Virus record (IMG/VR): IMGVR_UViG_3300025296_000050 | Coordinates: 1-38,153 of that record | Origin: a virus | Taxonomy: Duplodnaviria; Caudoviricetes | Strand: one strand, 5' to 3' | DNA: 38,153 nucleotides | In this document: positions 25,000 through 34,916 of the stretch, piece after piece | Layout: each line of letters opens with the position of its first letter | Numbering within the stretch: the stretch's first letter is position 1 | Notes under the pieces: model-generated | What the model was told of the DNA's origin: nothing | Databases searched by the model: none | Seen by the model: the letters and a program-made list of their open reading frames with translations, nothing else | Made by a program: the position numbers and the translations under genes

Positions 25000-25274
25000 C
25001 TGATCGCATGGTCAAGGACATAGTGATGGCGGCGGCGGAGCCTTGGAAGGTGTACGTCCGGGACCTACAACGCGAGCGGGACGAGGCGCTGGAGGAATTA
25101 AAAGACCTCGCGACGTGGGGCACAAACTTTTACGCCTATGTAAAAGGAGAAAGCCCGTCCTTGGTTGGCGGCGAGAGCGAGGTCGATAACAACGTCTACA
25201 AATTCTATTTTGCGCTTGAGAGTGCCCGTGCCTTCCTTGCCCGCATAGTCCTCGCCAAGGAACTCACGCCATGA
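24996..25274 (+). CDS. Hypothetical protein
   Basis: 92 aa; coupled. Confidence 0.6.
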   Translation: MTDRMVKDIVMAAAEPWKVYVRDLQRERDEALEELKDLATWGTNFYAYVKGESPSLVGGESEVDNNVYKFYFALESARAFLARIVLAKELTP

Positions 25275-25471
25275 CCAATGAACAGATCAAAAACACTTTA
25301 GCGCTTATTCAACGGTCCCCTGACCATGGCGATGGATGGCGGTCCTGCTCGGCAGCCTGTTGGCACTTAATACAAGACCTCCCCGACACCCTCGTGGAGC
25401 GTAAACCATCCGATGCAGGCGGGCTTGTAAGAATGACGCAAAACGGCGTTGCCGTTTTGGTGTTCGGATGA
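25271..25471 (+). CDS. Hypothetical protein
   Basis: 66 aa; coupled. Confidence 0.6.
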   Translation: MTNEQIKNTLALIQRSPDHGDGWRSCSAACWHLIQDLPDTLVERKPSDAGGLVRMTQNGVAVLVFG

Positions 25472-25632
25472 CCTGCCGCGCCCTTCCCCGCAAGGTCGCC
25501 GACATGGGCCGCGCCGAGGCTTTGCGCATCCTGGACGACAAGAAAGCGTCCATAGCGTCGAAAAAAAAGGCGTGGCGTATCCTCCGCGATCTCACCAAGC
25601 CAGCGCCATCGGATAAGGGGGACTACCCATGA
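25468..25632 (+). CDS. Small basic hypothetical protein (54 aa)
   Basis: Translated by hand; ATGA overlaps at both ends. Confidence 0.5.
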   Translation: MTCRALPRKVADMGRAEALRILDDKKASIASKKKAWRILRDLTKPAPSDKGDYP

Positions 25633-26036
25633 AAGAGCTTATCGCACGGTTGGCGGTGACGGAGGGGAACCGGGAGTTGGATTACGCGATTCACGGCACC
25701 TTATTCCCTCGCCCACCCGCACCTGTGAGCGAGCATGTTGACTTACCAGTTGGCTTCGGGACAGGGGCTTTCGCCGACGCGCTGGACCCACGCCCCGACT
25801 ACACCACCAGCAGAGACGCCGCCGATACGCTGATGCCGGATGGGTGGACGTGCGAAATTCTGCTGTGGTTCGATAACCAGTACGGCGTCCCCGCTGTTGA
25901 AGTAATAGCACGGAAAAAGGACGCAATGGTTGAAGTGACAGCGATTACGCATGGCAAAGACGCTGAAGCCCGCGCCCGGTGCATAGCCGCCCTACGCGCC
26001 CGGGATGCAGGGGATGACCATGCCAGCCAAGAGTGA
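25629..26036 (+). CDS. Phage hypothetical protein
   Basis: 135 aa; RELD..I, P.YTTS.DAA, A.CIAALRAR pattern. Confidence 0.65.
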   Translation: MKELIARLAVTEGNRELDYAIHGTLFPRPPAPVSEHVDLPVGFGTGAFADALDPRPDYTTSRDAADTLMPDGWTCEILLWFDNQYGVPAVEVIARKKDAMVEVTAITHGKDAEARARCIAALRARDAGDDHASQE

Positions 26037-26949
26037 GGGCATCAGCGCGCCGGGCGTCTATGACATCCCCATCGACGCCTACCACGCTGACCCGCGGCCC
26101 CCGTCCATGTCGTCGTCGGGCGCGCGCACGATCCTCAACCGTTGCCCGGCGGTCTTCCGCTATCAACAGGACAACCCGCCGGCGCCCAAGCGTCATTTCG
26201 ACATCGGCCACGCGGCCCATCGGGTCCTTCTTGGCCTTGGCGCGGAACTCGTGGTTCTCGACCCCGCCGACTTCCCGTCCAAGAACGGCAATCTCCCGGA
26301 TGGCTACACCAACGCCGCCATGCGCGCCGCGCGCGACGACGCCTATGGCGCCGGCAAGGTGCCGTTGCTCAAGGCCGAATTCGAACAGGTCCAGGCGATG
26401 GCCCAGGCCGTTGACGACCACCCGTTCGCCGGCAAGTTGTTTCGCAACGGCGTCGCCGAACAATCGCTTATTTGGCAAGACGATGAAACGGGCGTCTGGT
26501 GTCGGGCGCGGCCCGACTACCTAGTTCACGAAGGCCGCATCTTTCCCGACTACAAGACGTGTCAGTCGGCCAAGCCGGACGATCTCCGCAAGTCCTTGTG
26601 GAACTTCGGCTACCACCAGCAATGTGCTTGGTACCAGGATGGCATCCGCGCCCTTGGCATCCACGACAACCCGGCCATGGCCTTCGTGTTCCAGGAGAAG
26701 GAGCCGCCCTACATCGTCACCGTCGCCATCCCCGATGCCTACGCTCGCGAATGGGCGCACATGCAGAACCGCAAGGCGCGGGACCTGTTCTCTCAGTGTT
26801 TGAAGTCGGGCGAGTGGCCGGCCTACGCCGATGACGTGGTGACGCTGGAACTGCCCGGCTACGCCGAAAGCCAGTTGCAGCAAAAGCACGAGGCCGGGGC
26901 TTTCGAACTTTCCATGGCCTACCACAAACCCCTTGATGCAGCGGAGTAA
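26020..26949 (+). CDS. RecE/exonuclease VIII-like PD-(D/E)XK nuclease
   Basis: YHAD..SSSG, G.AAH, EQS..W, RARPD, DYKT, GYHQQ.AWY; adjacent to RecT. Confidence 0.85.
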   Translation: MPAKSEGISAPGVYDIPIDAYHADPRPPSMSSSGARTILNRCPAVFRYQQDNPPAPKRHFDIGHAAHRVLLGLGAELVVLDPADFPSKNGNLPDGYTNAAMRAARDDAYGAGKVPLLKAEFEQVQAMAQAVDDHPFAGKLFRNGVAEQSLIWQDDETGVWCRARPDYLVHEGRIFPDYKTCQSAKPDDLRKSLWNFGYHQQCAWYQDGIRALGIHDNPAMAFVFQEKEPPYIVTVAIPDAYAREWAHMQNRKARDLFSQCLKSGEWPAYADDVVTLELPGYAESQLQQKHEAGAFELSMAYHKPLDAAE

Positions 26950-26954
26950 CGATC

Positions 26955-27848
26955 ATGGCTGATACCCGGGTTTCCACACGGGACGACACCGCCGACAAGC
27001 TGGCAAAGGCGGAATTGAACACCGGCGGGCGCGTCGCCGCTATCGTGCCCCAGGACGCCGAACAGGCGTACCGCATGGCGCAACTCATCCTCCGATCCGG
27101 CGTCGCGCCTAGGGACATGCAGTCGGCGGACAAGATCGTCACCGCCATTTTCCACGGCCTCGAAGTCGGCATGAAGCCCATCCAGGCGGTTCAGTCCATC
27201 GCGGTCATCAACGGCCGCCCGACCCTTTGGGGCGACGGCGCCCTTGGCGTGGTCAGGGGCTCCGATCTGGTCGAGGACTTCGAGGAAACATTCAAAGGCG
27301 AGTTCCGGGTCGGCCCGGAGTGCCCCGACGACTTCCGCGCCGTCTGCCGCATCAAGCGCAAGGACAATGCGAGCGACATCGTGCGCGAATTCTCGGTTGC
27401 CGATGCCAAGGCGGCGGGTTTGTGGAGCAAGTCCGGCCCGTGGAAGACCTATCCCAAACGGATGCTTCAAATGCGCGCCCGGTCGTGGGCGCTGCGCGAC
27501 GGCTTCGCCGACGTGCTCAAGGGCCTCGGCATCACCGAGGAGGTCCGCGACTTCCATTCCGTCACCGCCATGCAGGACGTGACGCCGGTCACCGCCGACG
27601 CCATTGCCGAACAGGCGACCGAGGCGGAAGCCTACAAGGAGCCCGTGACCAGAGACGAGATCGAACAGCCCGACGCCGACGCGCTCATTACCGCCATCGT
27701 CGAATGCGCCGATGTCAAGGCGCTCAACGAGTGGAAGCGCGGGGCCAGCCTCGATGCCCTGCCGGCCAAAGAGGTCAAGCGCGTCGAGAAAGCCTACGCC
27801 GACCGCTATCAGATGCTCGGCGAGGGCGGCGAGGAAACCATGTTGTGA
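26955..27848 (+). CDS. recT: RecT-family single-strand annealing protein
   Basis: GLEVGMKP.Q....IAVINGRP.LWGD, W..YPKRML..RAR..ALRD.FADVL.G. Confidence 0.8.
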   Translation: MADTRVSTRDDTADKLAKAELNTGGRVAAIVPQDAEQAYRMAQLILRSGVAPRDMQSADKIVTAIFHGLEVGMKPIQAVQSIAVINGRPTLWGDGALGVVRGSDLVEDFEETFKGEFRVGPECPDDFRAVCRIKRKDNASDIVREFSVADAKAAGLWSKSGPWKTYPKRMLQMRARSWALRDGFADVLKGLGITEEVRDFHSVTAMQDVTPVTADAIAEQATEAEAYKEPVTRDEIEQPDADALITAIVECADVKALNEWKRGASLDALPAKEVKRVEKAYADRYQMLGEGGEETML

Positions 27849-28174
27849 CCAAGCGCCGCGCCCTTTCCGTATCCCAAAAAGCCGCCGTCATCAAACGGCA
27901 GGACGGCAAGTGCGCCAAGTGCCGCGCGCCGTTCGGTGACGTTCTCGCCATCGAGTTCGATCATCGGATCAGCTTAGCCATGGGCGGCGCCGATCACATC
28001 GACAACATCGACGCCCTGTGCCGGCCCTGCCATCGGGCGAAGACGTACACGCCCATCAACGGCGACATATCCAAGATCGCCAAGACGAAGCGCATCCAGG
28101 CCCAGGACGGATTGATGAGAAAGAAGCCGAGCGCCCAGGACAAGGCGTTGCGCAAGATGATGGAGCGGACATGA
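27845..28174 (+). CDS. HNH endonuclease
   Basis: CAKC..EFDH...LAMGG....N...LCRPCH..KT; GTG start. Confidence 0.85.
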   Translation: MTKRRALSVSQKAAVIKRQDGKCAKCRAPFGDVLAIEFDHRISLAMGGADHIDNIDALCRPCHRAKTYTPINGDISKIAKTKRIQAQDGLMRKKPSAQDKALRKMMERT

Positions 28175-29121
28175 GCAAGATCGAATGGACCGACCGGACG
28201 TGGAATCCCATCGTCGGGTGCTCCGTCGTCTCGCCCGGATGCACCAACTGTTATGCGATGAAGCAGGCCGCGCGGCTTTTGGATAAGCCCGGCTCCCATT
28301 ACGAGGGGACGACGGAGCCGAGCAAGGGCGGGCAGGTCTGGACCGGCAAGGTGGCGAGGGCGCCGGAAAAGACCTTGGCCGCGCCGCTGCACTGGCGGAA
28401 GCCGTGCCGGGTGTTCGTGAACAGTATGGGCGATCTGTTTCACGAATCGGTACCCGACGAATGGATCGACCGGGTGTTCGCCGTTATGGCCCTCGCGCCG
28501 CAGCATACGTTTCAGATTCTCACCAAACGCGCCAACCGGATGCGGGAGTATGCGGAACGCGCCGACGAAAGCTTGCAAGAACTCGATGGCCTGTGCACGA
28601 GCGGGGGGATAGCGGCCAAGGAAGTTCACCGGGGCGCCCGATGGTGGCAAAACAAGAAGTCCGTCCCCAGGTGGCCTCTCCCCAACGTCTGGCTCGGCGT
28701 CTCGGCCGAGGACCAGGCGCGCGCCGACGAGCGAATCCCGTTGCTCCTGGATACGCCCGCCGCTGTCCGGTTCATAAGCTACGAGCCGGCGCTCGGGCCG
28801 GTGAGGCTCCAATGGTCCTGGATTGATCGGATATCCCATCGCCAAGAAGGAATCGAAGACCCGAGTGATGGCTATCTCGACCAGATCATCGTCGGCGGCG
28901 AGTCCGGGTCGGCGGCGCGGCCATGCGATATCGACTGGGTGCGGAGCATCATCAACCAGTGCAAGGCGGCTGGCGTCGCCGTGTTCGTCAAACAACTCGG
29001 CGCGCGTCCTCGCCAAGACATTGCCGGACGCCGGATGGTGTTCAACCTCCGCGACCGCAAGGGCGGCGACATGTCCGAGTGGCCGAGCGATTTGAGGGTC
29101 AGGGAGTTCCCCGATGCCTGA
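28171..29121 (+). CDS. DUF5131 (phage Gp37/Gp68) family protein
   Basis: SKIEWTD.TWNP..GC..VSPGC.NCYA, FVNSMGDLFH, LTKR, SYEPALG, GGESG, FVKQLG. Confidence 0.9.
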   Translation: MSKIEWTDRTWNPIVGCSVVSPGCTNCYAMKQAARLLDKPGSHYEGTTEPSKGGQVWTGKVARAPEKTLAAPLHWRKPCRVFVNSMGDLFHESVPDEWIDRVFAVMALAPQHTFQILTKRANRMREYAERADESLQELDGLCTSGGIAAKEVHRGARWWQNKKSVPRWPLPNVWLGVSAEDQARADERIPLLLDTPAAVRFISYEPALGPVRLQWSWIDRISHRQEGIEDPSDGYLDQIIVGGESGSAARPCDIDWVRSIINQCKAAGVAVFVKQLGARPRQDIAGRRMVFNLRDRKGGDMSEWPSDLRVREFPDA

Positions 29122-29833
29122 CTGGCCCATCATATTCAACGGCCCGATGGTCAAGGCTCTCCTGGCCGGGAGTAAGACGCAGACGCGCCGGCTGGCTTGG
29201 CGTGAACGGATTGTTGCGCCACCATCCGACGGGACCCTACGCCCCACCCTCTGGCGCCCCACCGTCTGGCAAAAAGTCACGCCGGGGGACAGAATGTGGG
29301 TGCGGGAAACCTTCGTCATGGAAAACGACATGATGTACGGGCCGAATCTGCCGACCGACGGGCGTCCGTTCAAGACGGTGGACGCGGGGCCGGATTGGGG
29401 AGAGTACAACCTGATCCCCCACTACCGGGCGACCGAGCCCGAGCCGCACATCGTTCCCGCCAATTTGGATGACGGCGACGACGACCGGACCCGGTGGTCG
29501 TCGCCCATCTACATGCCCCGATGGGCGTCCAGGATAACCCTCGCCGTCACCGCGACGCGGATGGAACGGGTGCAAGAGATCAGTGAAGAAGACGCCGAAG
29601 CCGAAGGTATAGCGGCATGGAATGAACCAACCGGCGGTGGAGATTTCCAAGACTACTGGTTTAACTACTCCAACTCGGATGAGCCATTTGAAGGTGACCC
29701 GAGAGCGAGTTTCGCGTCCCTCTGGGACACCCTCCACCCCAAGCCCGGCGATGCTTGGGACGACAATCCGGAGATCGTGGTGGTCGGCTTTGCCGCCCAG
29801 CATCGCAACATAGACGCGGGGGACGAACCTTGA
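29114..29833 (+). CDS. ASCH/PUA-like phage protein
   Basis: PIIFNGPMV.A.L.G.KTQTRR, GDRMWVRE, W.SPIYMPRWASR, W..NP. Confidence 0.75.
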   Translation: MPDWPIIFNGPMVKALLAGSKTQTRRLAWRERIVAPPSDGTLRPTLWRPTVWQKVTPGDRMWVRETFVMENDMMYGPNLPTDGRPFKTVDAGPDWGEYNLIPHYRATEPEPHIVPANLDDGDDDRTRWSSPIYMPRWASRITLAVTATRMERVQEISEEDAEAEGIAAWNEPTGGGDFQDYWFNYSNSDEPFEGDPRASFASLWDTLHPKPGDAWDDNPEIVVVGFAAQHRNIDAGDEP

Positions 29834-30021
29834 CCGATGATGATGACGTAACCACTTGCGACGTTTGCTCTGGATGCGGCGAATATCCCATATTCAATCA
29901 GTTTAGCCAGCACCTGTATTCAATTCGCTGCCCGGAATGCAACGGCTCGGGCGGAGTGCTGGCCGGTCCAAACCCGCCCGACAAGCCGACGGCGCGGCCG
30001 CCTGGGGAGTCGCCGGGGTGA
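29830..30021 (+). CDS. Small zinc-finger-like protein
   Basis: CDVCSGCG...CPECNGSG; TTG start. Confidence 0.5.
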   Translation: MTDDDDVTTCDVCSGCGEYPIFNQFSQHLYSIRCPECNGSGGVLAGPNPPDKPTARPPGESPG

Positions 30022-30047
30022 GAAACCACGCATAGGAGGGCGAAGCG

Positions 30048-30374
30048 ATGACACGGCGATGCAAAACCTGCGGACAACCGCTGCCGCCGAAGTTATTAAA
30101 CTCAGCCGCCTTACTAGACCTTTTGCGCCACGCGCAGCCGCACCGCGAGGTTTATCAAGCGCAAAGAGGCGGCTGGTTCATATCGCATGGTGGGGGTGAG
30201 ACAACCGAGTCAGCCGTTCGGCGTCTTGTTGACGCCGGGCAAATCCAATCGGTGTACTCCAATTGCCCGGATGCGGCTTACCATATTGGGCGCACCTGGG
30301 ATTGCGAGAGAACCTTGGAAGCCCGGAAGCGATTGGGCAAGGCGGCCCCGAACTATTTTGTGGGGGACAAGTAA
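30048..30374 (+). CDS. Hypothetical protein
   Basis: 108 aa; AGGAGG SD. Confidence 0.6.
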   Translation: MTRRCKTCGQPLPPKLLNSAALLDLLRHAQPHREVYQAQRGGWFISHGGGETTESAVRRLVDAGQIQSVYSNCPDAAYHIGRTWDCERTLEARKRLGKAAPNYFVGDK

Positions 30375-30375
30375 G

Positions 30376-30702
30376 ATGACGCCAGAGGAAAGGGCGCGGG
30401 CGCTCTGGGTAGATGCCTGGGGCGAGGATGCTGAAGCCAAATATACTCAGCCAATGGTCACCGCAACAGTTCTGGCTGGACTTGCTGGCGCCATCCGAGC
30501 CGCCGAGCACGACGCGCTGGAACAGGTGGCGAAGTGGGCTGATGAACGCGCTGAACAAGTCGCGGAGAACGTGAAGGACGACAAAGCGACGCTTGGCAAC
30601 ATGTACGACATGAACAATTACGGCGCTGGGTTTGATGAAGGACAAAAGTCTGTGGCAACCAAGTTTGCCCACATGGCCCGCGCCCTCAAGGAGCAACCGT
30701 AA
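30376..30702 (+). CDS. Hypothetical protein (MTPEERA...)
   Basis: 108 aa from ATG 30376. Confidence 0.6.
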   Translation: MTPEERARALWVDAWGEDAEAKYTQPMVTATVLAGLAGAIRAAEHDALEQVAKWADERAEQVAENVKDDKATLGNMYDMNNYGAGFDEGQKSVATKFAHMARALKEQP

Positions 30703-30896
30703 TGGACTATGAAAGTTGGCGCTGCAAGCACGACGACAAGATATTCTGCCCCGTTGAGGGATGTCCTAAGTACGTCCGAAGCCCGCATTCCAGCGAATGG
30801 ATGATCTACGGCTGTGCTCGCGATCATGGATGGACGCCTGACCAGCCTAGCCCCAAAGCGTGTACTCATAACATACTAGATCAGGAGCAATCGTGA
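30702..30896 (+). CDS. Small Cys-rich hypothetical protein
   Basis: 64 aa; AAGGAG SD. Confidence 0.5.
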   Translation: MDYESWRCKHDDKIFCPVEGCPKYVRSPHSSEWMIYGCARDHGWTPDQPSPKACTHNILDQEQS

Positions 30897-30989
30897 TGGA
30901 CTGGAAAATCACGCCGAGGGAATCAAGTGGGGCGATGAATATTTCTGGACGCGTATGTAAACGTGACACGCGTAGGGTGCTGAGTCAAG

Positions 30990-31658
30990 ATGAGAGGGAT
31001 GATCCAAGGACGCCATATGCTTCCTCCGCTGATTCTGGCGATCATCGCTTGGGGGGTTCCCTTGGGCGTTGATGCTGGCATTTGGAGCGTTGACCCACGG
31101 GCCGGTTGGGTTGTTCTCCCTATCTTCGCATTGGCTGTCGCATGGTTGGTGTGGATATGGACCCACAATGGACTGGAATTGGCGATTGCAAATGGTTGGT
31201 CCATCCCACAAGCAGGCGGTCGCTCCATTCAATTCGTTGTCCCGTTGTTAGCCGCTGCGGGATTCTTTTTCTTTTTTGATTTGCCCCCGCTCAAAATTCC
31301 GGATTGTGCGCCGAAGGTAGAATGGTCAAGCAGAGTAGATATAGGATTTAACGAGGATCTTAATTTGCCATCAAAGACCCAGTATTTAACATTAACGCCA
31401 TATGGACCTGAGCCATATTGGATGAATGTAAGGGGCGATTTTGGGGGTTTAAGCGGCTTGGAAGCAAAAGGGCACCGCTTTAGTGACAAGGGTGAACGAG
31501 TTGAATTGGAAAGCATACCGTGGCAAGACCGCCCGCGAGGTATCCGCACTCGTCTAAAGCACCCCGTAGGAATGGTCAGCATTGAATTGGTCGCTGAGGA
31601 CTTGAGTCGAGTGCAGCTGGATGATCCGGTTTTTGAGTGTGTAGATGGCCCGAGGTAG
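30990..31658 (+). CDS. Membrane protein (about 3 TM plus soluble domain), AT-richer accessory gene
   Basis: 222 aa; visibly lower GC than its flanks. Confidence 0.6.
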   Translation: MRGMIQGRHMLPPLILAIIAWGVPLGVDAGIWSVDPRAGWVVLPIFALAVAWLVWIWTHNGLELAIANGWSIPQAGGRSIQFVVPLLAAAGFFFFFDLPPLKIPDCAPKVEWSSRVDIGFNEDLNLPSKTQYLTLTPYGPEPYWMNVRGDFGGLSGLEAKGHRFSDKGERVELESIPWQDRPRGIRTRLKHPVGMVSIELVAEDLSRVQLDDPVFECVDGPR

Positions 31659-31881
31659 ATATCTCAGCCTCGAAGAAGCCCGTAAGGGCAAAACTAGGGG
31701 CGCCACGATAGCCCGTTTCTGCAAGGAACATCCGTCCCAAGCGGACGAGCGTTTCTGGCCGCTTCTAAGGGCTGCGGCTACAGGGAAGCCAGCAGATCAG
31801 CAAACATCGTCTGCGGGCGCTTCCGGCGGTTATAGCGATACTCGAACTCCCCAAGGTACTTCGAAAGATGCTTCGGACTGA
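31645..31881 (+). CDS. Small protein overlapping the transposase 3' end
   Basis: 78 aa; coupled to the upstream gene; antisense overlap with the transposase. Confidence 0.5.
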   Translation: MARGRYLSLEEARKGKTRGATIARFCKEHPSQADERFWPLLRAAATGKPADQQTSSAGASGGYSDTRTPQGTSKDASD

Positions 31882-32431
31882 CATGGATATGCGTTCCCCG
31901 GATCGACCGTTTGAGCATGGACCAGAAGGCTTCGAGCGTGTTGACGTGGGTATCTCCGTTCGCCCAATTCTTGGCGCCGTGATCGACCGTGTTGTGGTCA
32001 TAGCCGAGCGCCCGAAGAACGCGATAAGGCGACCATTCGTCGGAACTGATACGCGTTCCCGTGGGAACCTGGCGCGTAATTTCCGGGATCAAGGTAGCGC
32101 GCTTCGCGTCGGGGACGACCTTGGAGTACATTTCGCCGTCGCGCTCCAAGATACCGAACACAACCGACTTGCCCGCCGCGCCGCGTCCCCGTTTGCCGGG
32201 TCGCTTGCCGCCGATATACGTCTCATCGACTTCAACATGGCCGGTCAGGGGCGGCTCGCCGTCCAGGTTGCCCATGTATTCCCTGATCTTGTGCGACATG
32301 CGGAAGGCGGTCGGGTAAGAGACGCCCAACTGGCGCTGCAACTCCTTCGCCGGGACGCCATGCCGTGTCGTGGTGAACAGGTACATCGCGTAGAACCACT
32401 TTTGCAGCGGAACATGGGAGCGGTGAAACAT
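31778..32431 (-). mobile_element. IS1595-family DDE transposase, N-terminally truncated
   Basis: ELQRQLGV HTH, VEVDETYIGG, GRG, SDEW, HVNTLEAFWS.LKR, EFEYRYNRR; no zinc-ribbon N-terminus. Confidence 0.85.
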
Positions 32432-32487
32432 GTAACAGTGTCCATTGAACCCATCGTGAATCATAACTTCGCTGAGGAGCCCACCGC

Positions 32488-33540
32488 ATGAGCAAGCGCA
32501 ACCCTAAGAACGAACGGATCAAGCGCCAATATCGTGAGTTCCTGAAGCACGCAGATGGCAAAGCGGAGACGACGATCCGGCAGGTCGAAAAGGCGATCCA
32601 GCGTTACGAGGTGTTCACCTCCTCGGCTGACTTCGCAACCTTCGATCAACGTCGGGCGCGGGCATTCAAGTCTCACTTGGTTGAGCGTGGCCTGTCAAAG
32701 GCCACCATGCTTTCGAGCGCCACAGCACTGAAGCGATTCTTCGGCTGGCTTGCCCACCAGCCAGGGTACAAGTCCCGGATCGCATTTACGGACATCGAAT
32801 ATCTAAACCTAGCCGACAAGGACGTCCGTGCAGCGAAGGCACCGACGGAGCGCGCATATCCAACCATTGAGCAGGTGGAGCATGCGATATCACGGATGCC
32901 CGTGCGCACCGATATCGAGCGTCGGGATCAGGCACTCATCGCCTTCACGGCCATTACCGGAGTACGAGACGGGGCACTCATTTCCCTACGGGTAAAGCAT
33001 GTTGATCTGGTTCGGCTGCGGGTGCTTCAGAATCCAAAAGAGGTTGCGACCAAGGCCAGCAAGCGAATCGACACGTTCTTTTTTCCGGTGAGTGACATTT
33101 GCGAGCAGATTGTTCTCGAATGGCTGCGCCATCTCCGAGAGGCGCTCCTATTCAGCGATGACGATCCCCTCTTCCCTAAAACCCTAATGGGCCAGGACGC
33201 CAATGACTGCTTCATTGCCAACGGTGTATGCCGGGAGTTTTGGGCCAGTGCGGCGAGGGTCCGCGAGGTCTTCAATACAGCGTTCAGGAATGTGGACCTT
33301 CCCCCGTTCACGCCGCACTGCTTCCGCCACATGCTGGCGCACCTTGCCTATTCGCATTGCAGCGGCCCGGAATCAGTCAAAGCCTGGTCCCAGAACCTCG
33401 GCCATGAAAGCCCTCTCATCACGTTCACCAGTTACGGCACCATCGCGACGGACCGACAGGGCGAACTGGTGCGCAGCGCTCGCCCGAAGGCCCCCGACGC
33501 AGACATCATAGCTCAAATTCGGAGTCTGGTAGTACATTAG
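32488..33540 (+). CDS. Tyrosine recombinase/integrase
   Basis: Catalytic set TGVRDG, TK, PHCFRH, LGH, SYG; GAGGAG SD. Confidence 0.9.
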   Translation: MSKRNPKNERIKRQYREFLKHADGKAETTIRQVEKAIQRYEVFTSSADFATFDQRRARAFKSHLVERGLSKATMLSSATALKRFFGWLAHQPGYKSRIAFTDIEYLNLADKDVRAAKAPTERAYPTIEQVEHAISRMPVRTDIERRDQALIAFTAITGVRDGALISLRVKHVDLVRLRVLQNPKEVATKASKRIDTFFFPVSDICEQIVLEWLRHLREALLFSDDDPLFPKTLMGQDANDCFIANGVCREFWASAARVREVFNTAFRNVDLPPFTPHCFRHMLAHLAYSHCSGPESVKAWSQNLGHESPLITFTSYGTIATDRQGELVRSARPKAPDADIIAQIRSLVVH

Positions 33541-33849
33541 CACGACCACCACCGTGGCCGAACGCGTCCCTGACCCAGTTACTACAGTTCCAGTGGGGGT
33601 AGGCTACGCCGAGTTGCGAAATGACAACCGCTCTACAAGCCGACGATCTATGATGGATATCCATTTCGTGCAAGAATCGAGGTCATTGGCGGTGAAGACG
33701 GCACTGTGGAAGTGCGATGTAGTGACGGCCAACTTGTTGTTGAACCGCGAGTAACTAACGAGGTCAGCATCCGAGCGACGATGCGTTTGTGACCGCCGCC
33801 ACGTACCCCGCCATCCGGTGATTGAGGAACCTGTCCGCCGCGCCATCAC

Positions 33850-33877
33850 ACCATTTTGTTGGCCTCAACAAAATGGT
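33850..33877. repeat. 28-bp palindrome (11-6-11)
   Basis: ACCATTTTGTT-GGCCTC-AACAAAATGGT between convergent operons. Confidence 0.85.
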
Positions 33878-33927
33878 CGCGCGGGTCCCATCATTTTGTG
33901 CACCAACGCAATTTGATGTGACGGGTG

Positions 33928-34311
33928 TTAATCCCACGTCGGCCCGAACCACCGCACCGCGTTCGCCATGATCTTGCGCTTGAACGCCGGCACCCCCGCC
34001 GCAATCATGGCCGCCTCAAAGATGTCCGCTGCGATGGCCGATGTCCATAGTTTCAGGATGCAAAGATCATCGTGGACCACCGCCGCCTCGATATGTGAGT
34101 CCACCTTCTGCGCGATCCACTTCGGTACGATGGATGGAATCGACGCCAGGTCCGTCTCTCGTCCCTTGCCGACGGTGTAGACGACAACCTCGCCGTCCTT
34201 CACAAACTCGACCGTGTAATGCCGGTCCACGATGAACAGCGCGCCGTCGCCCTTCACTTCGCGGCGAAGGTAAAGCGGCTCAACGTAGCGGAAGGCAGAT
34301 ATTGCTGTCAT
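33928..34311 (-). CDS. DUF1353-family protein
   Basis: V..G.ETDLASIP, AAVVHDDL, AD.F..AM...GV....R..M..AVR.FG. Confidence 0.8.
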   Translation of the reverse strand: MTAISAFRYVEPLYLRREVKGDGALFIVDRHYTVEFVKDGEVVVYTVGKGRETDLASIPSIVPKWIAQKVDSHIEAAVVHDDLCILKLWTSAIAADIFEAAMIAAGVPAFKRKIMANAVRWFGPTWD

Positions 34312-34343
34312 GGCTGCGCTCGGCGACGTAGAGAGGGGTCATG

Positions 34344-34514
34344 TCAGCGAGGTTCCCGGCGCGCTGGCGGAGGACTAGCGCGAGGCAAAGTGCCGGTTAA
34401 TGTTCCGCTAGACAAATTGTTGGGCACCGTCACCGTCACGTCGCCCTCGACGCGGACCACGACCACCGTGCAAGCGGCCAGGAACAGGGCTAGGGCGACG
34501 GCCGACACGCGCAT
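34344..34514 (-). CDS. Small lipoprotein (spanin candidate, 56 aa, not in the ORF track)
   Basis: MRVSAVALALFLAA|C lipobox, Pro-rich tail; directly after the endolysin. Confidence 0.55.
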   Translation of the reverse strand: MRVSAVALALFLAACTVVVVRVEGDVTVTVPNNLSSGTLTGTLPRASPPPARREPR

Positions 34515-34517
34515 TAT

Positions 34518-34916
34518 TCAGTACCCGAACGCATTTTGCGCCAACCCGGCCAAATCACGGCGATCAAGGTGGACGCCCCAAGGAGCCACGCCAACCGACC
34601 AACCCAATTCCAGGGCGTGGCGCAGTAAATCGACCTTATCGAAGGTTGAACCGGGCCAGGCGATGTCAATCGCCGCCGTGCCGCCGACCGGATGGTGCGG
34701 TTTGTCAAAGACATGTAGGGAGCGCTCATGGCCGCCAACCTCCATATTATGGGCTTTGGACCGACAACATGAATTGACAACCATGGGCCGCCCGTAAGCC
34801 AATCGAAGTTCAAGAAGCCAGATAGCGAATTGCGGAACGAGTTTGGCAATGCCGGTCGCGGGGCACCGTAATTCATGGTGTGTAAAATACACCGCCCCGC
34901 CACGTTCGATGTTCAT
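34518..34916 (-). CDS. Endolysin, peptidase M15 family
   Basis: YF...EL.C, VNS..R...HN..VGG...S.H, AAIDI, VHLD. Confidence 0.85.
   Translation of the reverse strand: MNIERGGAVYFTHHELRCPATGIAKLVPQFAIWLLELRLAYGRPMVVNSCCRSKAHNMEVGGHERSLHVFDKPHHPVGGTAAIDIAWPGSTFDKVDLLRHALELGWSVGVAPWGVHLDRRDLAGLAQNAFGY

Noticed and set aside
27994-29409. 471-aa minus-strand ORF
   Set aside because: Antisense shadow of the well-supported HNH, DUF5131 and ASCH-like genes; long shadows are expected in high-GC DNA
30900-31000. IS1595 terminal inverted repeat or target duplication
   Set aside because: No matching partner end could be identified by eye
33554-33792. Possible gene remnant after the integrase (..IYDGYPFRARIEVIGGEDG..)
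   Set aside because: No clear start or SD and split across frames; cannot be supported beyond a possible relic
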